Positions 39,501 to 51,500 of a DNA stretch of 64,000 nt are shown here, in pieces. How positions within the stretch are numbered: position 1 is the first letter of the stretch; every line of letters starts with the position of its first letter. The notes under the pieces are model-generated. The model did no database searches, was not told where the DNA came from, and worked only from the letters and a program-made list of their open reading frames with translations. Source of the stretch: Antedon mediterranea (taxonomy: Eukaryota > Animalia > Echinodermata); contig NC_092676.1 of NCBI RefSeq assembly GCF_964355755.1, positions 17,564,871-17,628,870 of the forward strand, given 5' to 3'. The position numbers were made by a program, and so were the translations under genes.

Positions 39501-42500
39501 CACATATGGTGGCTACTGACTGTATACAGTTAGTGCATACTAGATCACATATGGTGGCTATTGACTGTGTGCAGTTAGTGCATACTAGATCACATATGGT
39601 GGCTATTGACTGTATACAGTTAGCACTGACAAACACTGCATGTTGATGCTCAAAACAATATCACTCCTGCATCCCACTAGACCACTATACATTGCTGAGA
39701 TTGGTCTTCCAAGGAAGCTCAATCAGGATGTGGTACCATTTCATTAGTTATCCTTCCTGTCCCCTTAATATAAATGTATGTTTTGTAGTTAAGTCAGTCA
39801 GAATCACTACATTTCAGATTGTTTTATAATCTTTGCTCTTGATTATAATCAAGAGCAAAGATTATAAAACAATGTGAAATATAGTGATTCTGACTGACAA
39901 AACATATTATAGATATTATATTTTATACATTTAATCATTTTGTGCCATCGTTACAATTGTTTTAGTCCTAGACATGAATGCCCTTACAGGCACCCCTGCC
40001 CTAACGACTCAGCCACTCAACACGACATTCATATTAAGACGTAATTATTGTTCACGTATATATTTTCAAATTTTTAGGACCTGAGCCTAAACCAGAGATT
40101 CACGGCTCTTTTCGAACATTCCGTGTTTGGTTAGATTCAAACCAGTATCAAAGAGACATGTCTGCAACTGCAGAAGGTGGTGAAGACGTCTACGAATCGT
40201 TTAACATCATGATGAGAAGAAAACCAAAAGAAAACAATTTTAAGGTTCTTTAAAGATATATTTTTTTTATTATTATATTTATCATTTAAATAAAATACGC
40301 TATCAGGTAAAACAGTGTTTTATTTCTAGTATCGTTGGTTTCTTAATAGTATTGGGATTTAGAGCTTTAATCTAAGATGATCCATTAAATCCTACATAAT
40401 TGGAGGCAGCCTGTATCAAGTTTGTAACAAATTAATCATTCATTATTCATTTTAGGCTGTTTTGGAGACTATCCGTGACCTGATGAACACTGATTGGGTC
40501 GTTCCTGATTGGCTTCATGACATCATCTTAGGTTATGGTGATCCTGGCGCTGCTCATTATTCTAGGTAGGCAATGATCATTGTATTTCTTATTCACATCT
40601 TGAGCTGTAAAAATAACCAAATATTTGCACAATCTATCTAGTAGGAGGCTTCTTACAGTGGGGTTCAAAATGAACGTTTAAACTTTGCTCAGCTAAGCTA
40701 CATTTAATCAATCTTTATTTTCCATCATAACAAACAATAACAGATTTAGATAGAGAATGTACACAGCAAAGCCCTACAAAATGTTTGACTACATATACAA
40801 TAATAAAACAAACCAAACGTTGAAGAAGTCACTGAAATAAATAAATATTCCCACATGGCATTACAGAAATCAACCCAAATCCAATGAATGAAATGATGTA
40901 GTATAAAAGTCAGAGTCCAAGCAGATTTAAAAAGGAGGTAAATGAATTTTGCTGATTTAACTGGTTGTTACCGATTTGTTATTGTTTTTTGTTGTTCTAC
41001 TAAAGTTAACTTTTCTTCTACCTTTTTGTCATTCTGTAGATTGCCCAACCAGGTTGCCACTTTGGACTGGAATGATACGTTTCTGAATGTTGATCATGTA
41101 AAAGCTAGTTTTCCCAACAATGAAGTCAACAGTACAGGATCTAATGTTATGCCTCCATACAAGTAGGTCAACTACAAGTCACCTTGATTAAAGGGCCTTT
41201 CACACCAGTTTCGGCAAGGTTCCCAATTGATATGCGCGTAGCTGCATGAAAAACGAAACATTGACGTTCTATTTGATTTGCCGGGACCGTTCCGAAACAG
41301 GTGTGAAATGCCCTTAACAGTGTTTCCCCTTTTAAGCATTGATTCACACTGGGATGTCAAGTATTAACCAGTTACATACACATACGTTCTTGCAGTGTGT
41401 CCTAAAGAATCATGTAGCCAATCATTTATTTACTGTATTCACCAGTCTCCAAAAATAACGGATCAATCAGTTTTATAGCAGTTGACCGTGTAGAATATGA
41501 AAATAGATAAATCTGGATTGTCAAATTCTAGGTGGTATAGGATTAGATTAGATTACCAATATTTGTGTTAAACATTGATTTTTTTTTTAAATGTATATAT
41601 TTAGGGATTGTACAACTGCACTGATTTGTCTCCTGTTCTAGTGGTTAAAACTCACAGCAGCCATAACGATATCATCACTTCCATATAATGCCAATTAGCT
41701 GGTTTTTTTCTTTATTGGTTTGTTACTATATGTAGATACTATTAACTAATATAACACACCTGATTGTATTCTTGCAATTTGATTAGTTAATTATGCATCA
41801 CATGTCATTTGGAATTAGCCTTACCTCATGGAAAAGTGATATGCTGATAAACATGACGCTCTAATGCACTATTTCATCCAACTCATAAACATTCATTATT
41901 TGCATACTTGTTTAAAGGTTGACATTCCCTATAAAAAATGTAAGCAGAAAAAGAAAAAGAGATGAAAAGAAGAAAGAAGAAGAGAAAGAAGATAAGAAAA
42001 TTGAAGTGATGGCACATGTTATTCCTAACAGAGGACCTTATCCCTATAATCAACCTAAAAAGTAAGGTTAATGTTGTTTTGCCTACCTTTATTTTTAAAA
42101 TAAATTTAATGATTTTCCTGCACATTTGTATTATGGTGTATATTTCAACTTTCTTCAACTTTGGGGCTTCTAACGAGACAATAAAGCCCTATAGCTTGTA
42201 ATCTACAAGCTTAAAATTTATGAATACAGTACAAAAAGTTGAAATTCATAAAAACGAATAAAAAAACTATATATATTGAACATTAATACTTCTGTAAAGA
42301 AACACAGTGCATCCATAGCTCTGTCAAAGGGAAATAAAATAGATGATTTGAGATGCTATTGGGTTAATAGTGAACTATACATGCAGTATAATATAGTGTC
42401 CCCTGAATAGGTGTTTCCCTTGAATTTTCTAAAGTATTAACATATATTTCCCCTTCTTTTCACGATAGCGTCCCTGAATAGTGGTATTAGAATAAACGTG

Positions 42501-45500
42501 TTCTACTGTATTGCAAAAAACGTGGACCACACTAATGTTTGGGCTTTTTAGTCTTGTGAAAACGCAACTCTATAGCTCACTATGTCGGTCGGTAAACACA
42601 ATCTTAAATTTGCGCATCCCACTGCAGCCATGTTACAGGCCTTGTTGCAGTGGCATATATATGTGTACACGTCAGGTCGTAATCATGATCTTCAAACCCA
42701 GTACAACTTTGTTGTTATAGTTAACTTGTGGTCACATTAATAATAAGTACATTGTGAGTAATATGTTGGTTTTCTTTTTAAAATTATAGGAACACAATTC
42801 AGTTTACACCCACTCAAATAGAGGCGATCCGAGCAGGAATGCAACCAGGCCTGACAATGGTAAAACTTGTTTTTGTTCATTCTTACTATGCTGCTGCATG
42901 TTGCATTTACTTAGTAACCACATTTTTCTATGTATTCAAAATAGATGACTTTTGAGGAATTTAATTTTACAGTAAGACATTTTGTATTGATATTCCCACT
43001 TGTGAAAATGCTGTATGTTGTCTTGTTTTGGTACAACTCGACTATTGTAATTCCTTACTTGCACATTAATCAAACAATCAAATGTATTTAAAACTCGGGC
43101 AGCCAAACTAGTTTTTAACTTAAGAACGTTTGATTATGTGTCTCATTTATAAATGAACTTTGCTGGCTTTAAATAGTGTATCATCTACAAAATATCTACT
43201 CTAGTTTTCTAGTTTCTGGTTCTGCGTCAACTTATCTGCAGGATTTAATCTCATTTCATCTCCCAACACAAAAAAGTTGAAGCTAGGAAATCGATCTTTC
43301 TTGTTTTATCCATTCCAAAAACACAATGCACAAGTTCCATTGGTTTGGAACCAGCTTCCACTCCATATCCATCAGTCTAAATCTACTTCTAAATCTACTA
43401 AGCGATTCAAGTCACTTCTAAAATCTCACCATTTTCAATAAGTCTTGTTGGTCTTATAGTGACTGTTAGATATTAGTAAATAGCACTAGTATTACACATA
43501 GTATTTGTCGGGTAATTAAAGTGTTTGCTTTTCAATCCTTTTGTATTCACCAATTGTTTGATTACAGCCACAGTATTGTATTTTTTATTTTAATGTAACT
43601 TTTATATTCATGACAGGTTGTTGGCCCGCCTGGTACAGGTAAAACAGATGTGGCTGTTCAGGTGATCTCCAACATCTACCACAATTTCCCAGACCAGCGT
43701 ACTCTGATTGTCACACACTCAAATCAAGCATTAAATCAGTTATTTGAGAAGATTATGGCTCTTGATATAGATGAGAGACATTTGCTACGTCTTGGACATG
43801 GTGAGGAGGGATTAGAAACTGAAAAAGACTTCAGCAGGTATTTAAATTGTAGAATGTAATTATTTTGTTTATTGCTGTGCACTGTTCTGGGTTGACCAAC
43901 TAGCATAGGTGTTTTGCACCTGTTTGGTCTTTCCTTACCTTTTATATTTCATTTTGTCTTTTTCTTTGTATTGTATATGGCAGAAATTGAATAAATAAAA
44001 TAAATTTATTTTTGCAATACAATCTATAAACAAATCAACACATTTAGTGAATTGTTAGAAAATGAATTTGTTTGATAATTGATATTTCTATATTGATAGT
44101 TAAATCTCTTATAGTACATTGTGTATGTATGTTTTATGAACCTTATCCCCTCCTGTATTTAGGTATGGACGTGTGAACTATGTGCTGGGTCAGCGATTGG
44201 AACTACTCCAAGAAGTTGAACGTCTGCAAGAGAGTCTATCAGTGTCTGGAGATGTAGCCTACACCTGTGAAACGGCTAGTCACTTCTTTCTCTATCAGGT
44301 ACAAAGCAGACTTTCCCGAAAACCAGGCATTAGGCCTATTGTGAGAGTTGACTGTATCTGAGGGATGGATTAGTAGAGGTGTGATGATGCATAGGTTTCT
44401 CATATAACTGTTTTTAAACGACATTTGTTACTTTTATTAGGTTGTTGCCCGATGGGAAAAGTTTTTAAGTCTGATACGGAAAAAAGCTGGAGAATGTAGT
44501 GGCATACAACAACACTTTCCATTTCATAAGTACTTTGCTAATGCTCCGCAGCCTTTATTCAAGGGAAACACTTATGAAGAGGATATGGACATTGCTGAAG
44601 TAAGATTTCCGAATTTCAAATTGCAATCTGCAAATGTTCACAAAATTTGCTGTACTGATAAGATAAGCTTGTGTTGACCTAGACAACTAAACTCATAAGC
44701 ACAATTATTAATATACCACATTTATATAGTGCCCTTTTCATGAAAAAAACATGCTCAAAGGCGCTTTGCATAAATACATCAAGACAGACAAAAAGTTACA
44801 TAGATACATAGATAGATAGAAGTTGTGCTTTGAAGCAACTGAACAGAAATAAAAGATCCAGTTTGTATTAGCTTATGTTAACATGAAATTGATTGTAACT
44901 AGTTGCAGTTACCCATACCGCATATATATGTATATAGCTATAAGAGAAACTAGTGAGACGTAACATTGGCCTGATCACAACGGGTCAAGGTTACTCATAC
45001 CCATTTTTTCCTTGTGTTTAGTTCCTTTCAGAAACAACCTTTTAGAACAACTCAATGTCATTCAACAGAATCACAAAATATCCTCTCCAGTTAAGATTTC
45101 ATTGTTGTGGAGAAATAAACTTTGCCCACAAACCTCATTCTTAATTATGTCGATTTAATAGGAATGAACAACTTGTTTGTATAATTTATTTATTGTGTTG
45201 ACTTTTTTAGGGTTGTTACCGGCATATCAAGAAGATTTTCCAACAGCTTGAGGTAACTAAAACTTCCTTACTAACATTATATATATAAATTATATTTTGT
45301 TTGTGTTTTATAATGTATTTTTTGCCTTTTTTGTATGGTTTATGTAATTTGTACTGTGGTATAAAAACAATATACTTTTTTTCAATTGGTTTTGAAACAC
45401 TAGGCTTCTGACCAGAGACCACATTTTGCTTTTGTTGGCTTGTCACCTTTATATTGGTTCTGGTAGTATCCCCACTCAATGTGGGCTTTGCTGCTTGTAT

Positions 45501-48500
45501 TACGATGCCCCACTTGGTGTAATTTCAAGACAGTGTGATTATAGACGGAATAATATCATAATTAATAAATCTTTACCGTGCAGGAATTTCGTGCCTTTGA
45601 GCTGCTACGGAGTGGCCTAGATAGGTCAAAGTATCTATTAATCAAGGAGGCAAAAATAATAGCAATGACATGTACTCATGCTGCCCTCAAAAGACGAGAT
45701 CTTGTGGAAGCCGGGTTTAAATATGACAACATTCTGATGGAAGAGGCAGCCCAGATCCTAGAAATTGAGACATTTGTTCCTCTACTACTACAGGTGAATT
45801 TTTTTTTACAATGATACTGTTTGTAGTTACTTTTATAAAGCAACAAGTACTGTCCACCTGATCTGAAATATAGTTTAAAAGTCCCATAGGTACGTATAGG
45901 CTTTAGGGGTTTCTGATGGCACATCCTTCATGATATCGGGTGAGGTAGCTTGTCGCACCTGGAAGGGGACTAGTCTACTCAATCGGTATTACCGGCCAAC
46001 CTAATTTGAATATATATGATGAAACACGGATGGTTTGAGTTGATCTTTTTTATGTTTTTTTTTTGTTGTAGAATCCTGAGGATGGTTTTAATCGTTTAAA
46101 ACGTTGGATTATGATTGGCGATCATCACCAACTGCCACCAGTAATCAAGAACATGGCATTCCAGAAATACTCCAATATGGAACAGTCTTTGTTTACCAGA
46201 CTGGTTCGTCTTGGCGTTCCAACGGTAGATCTTGATGCTCAGGGCAGAGCTAGATCCAGGTACAGTATATTTTATTTCTTGTACTTTTTATGATTCCTAA
46301 GAGTAAAATAATAAAATCCATTTAATTTGACACCTGTATTTGACTCAATGCAACAAAATATTTTGACTGATTCTTCATGTGTACATCCATTTCTAAGTAG
46401 AATTGTAACGAGTCGAGTGGTCTAGCAGTTAATTTAGACCAAACCATAGTAAAAATAAATCAGAACCGGTTCAAGTTCTCTTCATAATTTATAAATCTTT
46501 ACCTTGAAGGAATTTCGTGCCTTTGAGCTGGAGTGGCCTAGATAGGACAAAGTATCTACTAATCAAGGAGGCAAAAATAATACCAATGACATGTACGCAT
46601 GCTGCCCTCAAAAGACGAGATCTTGTAGAAGCTGGGTTTAAATATGACAACAGTTTCCACAGTAAAAGAAGAAATGTTTATAATGAAGGTTGCATATTTA
46701 TAATAGATTGTTTTTGCTTTTACAGTTTGTGTGCTTTGTACAGTTGGCGTTACAAGAAGCTAGGCAATCTACCACATGTACAGTTACAGGATGAATTTCA
46801 AAAGGCTAATGCTGGCCTTGTCTTTGATTATCAGTTGATCAATGTGGTAGATTTTAATTGGGTCGGAGAGTCTGAACCAAACCCCTACTTTTACCAGGTA
46901 AATAAATACTTTAATTTTAGTTAGCATGAATATTTGGTTTACTTCTGTTTATTGTGTGGGAGTTTATAGTTTTTCAAGTCAAGTGCGCATCTCCATTTCC
47001 TTAGCATTTGGGCCAGACTCCACTATGTGTGTATGTTTGTGGGGGGTATGCCACTCCTCCCACACAAACGAGTCTGATATACCTTCTCAGTACTTTTACA
47101 TACCGGTACCTATTTCTATCACCTGGGTGGGGAGGAACAATGTGGATAAAGAATCTTGCTCAAGGACTCACTCTACACTGCAGTGACCGGGCCGGGGCTT
47201 GTCCCAGCAACCTCTTGATTGCAAATCCAATGCTCTAACCACTGCGCCACAGTGCTTCACGGTACAGTTTGATGTCACATGGTACCGTGACATCAAACCG
47301 TACAACTATGTTTGTTATTGTAGAATTTAGCTGAAGCTGAATATGTTGTGGCGCTTTTCATGTACATGCGTCTTCAAGGTTATCCCGCTGATAAGATTTC
47401 TATTTTGACAACGTACAATGGTCAGAAACATTTGATTCGTGATGTCATCAAACAACGGTGTGGGAGTAATCCTCTGATTGGTGAGCCAAACAAGGTATGT
47501 GGTCTTACTTAATAATAATACGGTTTGTTTGCACACATATCTACCAAAGTGCTAAATCTATTCTGTAAATCTAAAAAACTACAAAATCTAGACAAAAACC
47601 AACATAACAGGATTCGGTCAACCAGCAATTTAAGGTACACAGGCCAGCTAATAGTTTATTTGTGCTTCTCACTAGACAATAAGACCTAAAATTTATATAT
47701 TGCCAAAAGTATAAAAAAGCAAAATTCTCTAGTCCACTCTTCAAAATTGTAGTTTATTTGGGTAGTTGTCGTAAGTGGTAGTAGGTGTCGGGATAGTTTG
47801 TCCTAGGTGGTAGTTGTCATAAGCAGGTAGTTGTCCCAGAGGGGTGATTGTCCAGGAGGTAGTTGTCCAGATCTTAGATCTCATTATTACCCGAATCAGC
47901 AATATTTGTTTTATATACCTCAAACATACATTATAGTTAGACACAGCTTATTTTTATTCTTCTTCTGTTTAATTAACTCAAAGCGCCCTACAACCATGTT
48001 TGTTTATCGTCTGGTTGCTCAATCATAAGTGTTCAAGAGGCCAATTTTCTGAGGCCTTGAATCTATCTAGTGATATCTAAATTCACTTGATTTTACTCAA
48101 TTCCATTTAGTAATAAGAGAGTAATGTGTTCAGCAGCCATTTAAAACAATAAAGTCTGCTTGGGAACTTTGTCTATTAACTCAAAGCGACCTACCTCAGC
48201 AATGTTTGTCTGCTTGCTGAGTGTGGTAAAGGCCAATTGTCAGAGGCTTTGAATCTATCTAGTGATATCTAAATTCACTTGATTTCACTTAATTTCAGAT
48301 AACTAGATGGTATGCTCGCTTTGCTCGCGTACCATCTAGGTCGTGCCCACAGATGGTTCTCGAATACATAATAATTTCAGCGTTAAAAAACTGGCGATTT
48401 CAAATGTACGTACAATAATACATGTCGTTTACAGGAACGAATAAATAGACACTGATTTATGTACTCAACTAAAATTAGCACCCTGAGAATTACTTCCGGA

Positions 48501-51500
48501 AAGAGAAACTTGTCACAAAATGAGACCAATTGTTTAAGTCAAATTTAAACAAACTTAATTTGTGTTTTGTATGTAACATTAGGGGTGAGGGATGGGGAAG
48601 AGGATGGGTGCAAAGAGGAACAATTTTTAAATATATTAAATATATTCTTTATCCATTTAGTAACGAAATATTAATTGTTTTCATGTTTTACAAATAATAT
48701 ATCACTAAACACAGTAAAACATTGCTATGTAATACTTTGTTGAAACTATCACCGTCCTAGTCGATTGAAATAGTACAGTACATGTAACGATACATCACTA
48801 CGACGTGTATGTTTATATAATGTAAAACAATTTGTGAAAACCACCTCTATTCGGGGAAAATCATAAAATCGATTTAAAATCGAATAAAAATTAAATTATT
48901 TAACTCAACTTTATTAGTAGGCGTAATGGTTTTCAATTGTTTCTTAGAGCCAATTCATACTTAAGTTGGTTACCCTACCCACCAAAGTTGTTCTGCGTTT
49001 AGGGCATGTGATGTACCGTAGGCCTATCCCCTACTGGTTTTACAACGCTACTCATGCCAGTGAGGGAATGGTGATGATGTGGGTGGTTAAACTGCAATAA
49101 TAAAGATGTGTACATAATATACGGCGACTGAAAACGCTAGCTCATTATCCGTTTAAAAAAAAATTATATCCAACCTCTGCAGCACAGATTGAAAAAAAAA
49201 ATGGATCGAATTTCTGTTATGAGTATATAGTACTTGCCTTTACGACGCCTGAGGGAATAGACGCTTGTGGAACAGAGATTGGAATGTTCCATTCATCGCA
49301 AATCAATACATTTGTATAAACGTATATTAAATCTATCAAAATAGTATTTTTTAAAGAAAATCGGCCTGTCTTCAACATTATGATGCTGTACTCGAGCTGT
49401 TCAACCGGTTTTCAGCCATTAAAAACAATTATCGTAGGAGGAGATAGGAAAATGCGAAGCATCCTCGTATTATTGTCTGCGGGTATTTTTCAAGACGGAC
49501 ATCCATTAGACAGTGTATACCACGATCGAAAAACACCCCTATTTGGGGCAAATCGTTGAACCTAAATTCGTTTTAATCGTCAATAACTAATTATCGAACT
49601 CAATTTAATTAGTAAACAGGGTTACATCAGGTGGTTAAAATCAGTACCGAAAGTACGAACCAACTTTATATACCATCGAGTAAACATTCTAGAAATAACG
49701 CGCGATTTACCGAATTTTGCCCTTACGTAAATTTATATATAGATAATGTGTTTTTGTCAATGTCTGTATTATTTTCAGATAACAACAGTAGATCGCTTTC
49801 AGGGTCAACAGAATGATTATATATTACTTTCCTTAGTAAGAACAAAAACAGTTGGACATTTACGGTAAGTTAATATTATTCATTGTTATAGCACTTTATA
49901 CAAAGAATGTATTATTATTATGATACTGCCCTTTCTAACCACAGAGAAAATTTTCTTTGTTGCAAAATATGCCTTAACGTACTAATGTTAATTCTTCTAA
50001 GCTTCTCATTTGTCCCTTACCCTTTGTCTGTGATTGCCCATATACATAACAAAATGGGCACATATACAGCAACAATTGCATAACCAAATTGTTGTGTAAA
50101 CATTTTGTTTTGGTTTTCAAGCAAATTGGATTCTTTGACAGATAAGAAACAATCATGTGTTTAAAGAACAAAAACCAACAAAAGTTTCTCCCATCACTTT
50201 AGCTTTTTTAGAAAATCTGGCTAGTGTGTCATTTATATTGTTTAGAATATACCATTTTTTCTCTCTAGAAATTTGATTTTACCAATTTGTTTCTTTTGCT
50301 TGCTTTTTATAGGGATGTTCGTCGTCTTGTCGTCGCCATGTCCAGAGCACGTCTTGGTCTTTACATATTTGCCAGAGCATCTCTTTTTCAAAACTGTTAT
50401 GAACTTCAACCAGTCTTTGATCAGGTATGTACAGCACAGTATTTTGTAATTAACTAATAATAATATTACTAATATTACCCTGACAATAATTTTCAACAAT
50501 GCTGTTCGAGAATAAGTGTGAAGGTAAGCATGTAAGTTTGGAAACAATTTTGAAATGCAGTCATAAATGGTTGACGGCTATTAAGGTACAGGAGAGATTT
50601 TCGCCTTATCTACTTTGGTTTCACACTGGCGTCAAGGAGTTTCAACTCAGAGCAGCAAGAGCCTGTCAATACATCCACCGCATGGACAATCATCAACTGC
50701 TGAAATCGGACAGACCTACAGTATTACTCTCACCTTTATAATTCTGCAGCCAAAGCAATCAGAAGACACTGAGCCAGTCCTAGTCTTTACAAGGAAGAAT
50801 GGCAGAGAATGTTCACTAGAGAAATTCGTAGAAGTACTGTATTTATTTTTTTGCTATATTAAATTAGATACCCAGCAGCTTACAGCACCAATGTTGTGAT
50901 CATATGAGTAAATATTAATAACAACAACACAAGATTAGAGTTGAATTTTTTTTTTTTCACTCATAGCCTGTTGACTAATAAAAGATTATAGGCTCCCCAC
51001 AAAGATATTCTGTACACAATTATTTTTCTACTTATCTTATTTTAATCATTTTTATCTTCTTAGCTAATATGTACAACTTATAAATACAAAATAAAAATAT
51101 TGAGATCAGTTCATGTACATACAACAAGTTTTCTGTTGCTGCAATAATTGTAAACCAAGTTATTGTACAAAGTCATATACTGTAAATCTATGTCATTTAT
51201 TTTGTATACAGTACATTTAGATAGTGTGCAATGTTCACTTTCACATTTGGTATGACATTTTATAAGTTACAAATATTCAATTGTTCCATTCTGTTTTTAT
51301 GCAAATTTGGGATTATATCACTTGCTACAAGTATTCAATCATTATACAGTATATACCAGTTTTTACTGCAAATACTACTTAAGTAAAATGATTTTTGTGA
51401 GACTTTTGTAACATTTATTTCTATTACCGTTGTTGAGTGTGTATACATTTTGTTATTTAGTATTGCAACAGCTTTTATTATGTTGCTATTTTAAGTCAGG

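Noticed and set aside
39265-39646. Periodic Cys/His-rich ORFs on both strands
   Set aside because: These are translations of a 45-bp intronic minisatellite whose unit is divisible by 3.
46517-46924. 135-aa ORF as a real extra helicase exon
   Set aside because: It fuses a frameshifted pseudo-exon, residual intron and true exon 30; AQR is complete without it.
47170-47255. tRNA gene
   Set aside because: Only the 5' half is tRNA-like, the B-box is degraded and it continues into a repeat body, so it was called a SINE.
50499-50899. Higher-GC, coding-like patch with overlapping short ORFs in AQR intron 33
   Set aside because: No recognisable motif, stops in the most protein-like frame, and not the missing VWD half of BMPER; probably a TE relic.
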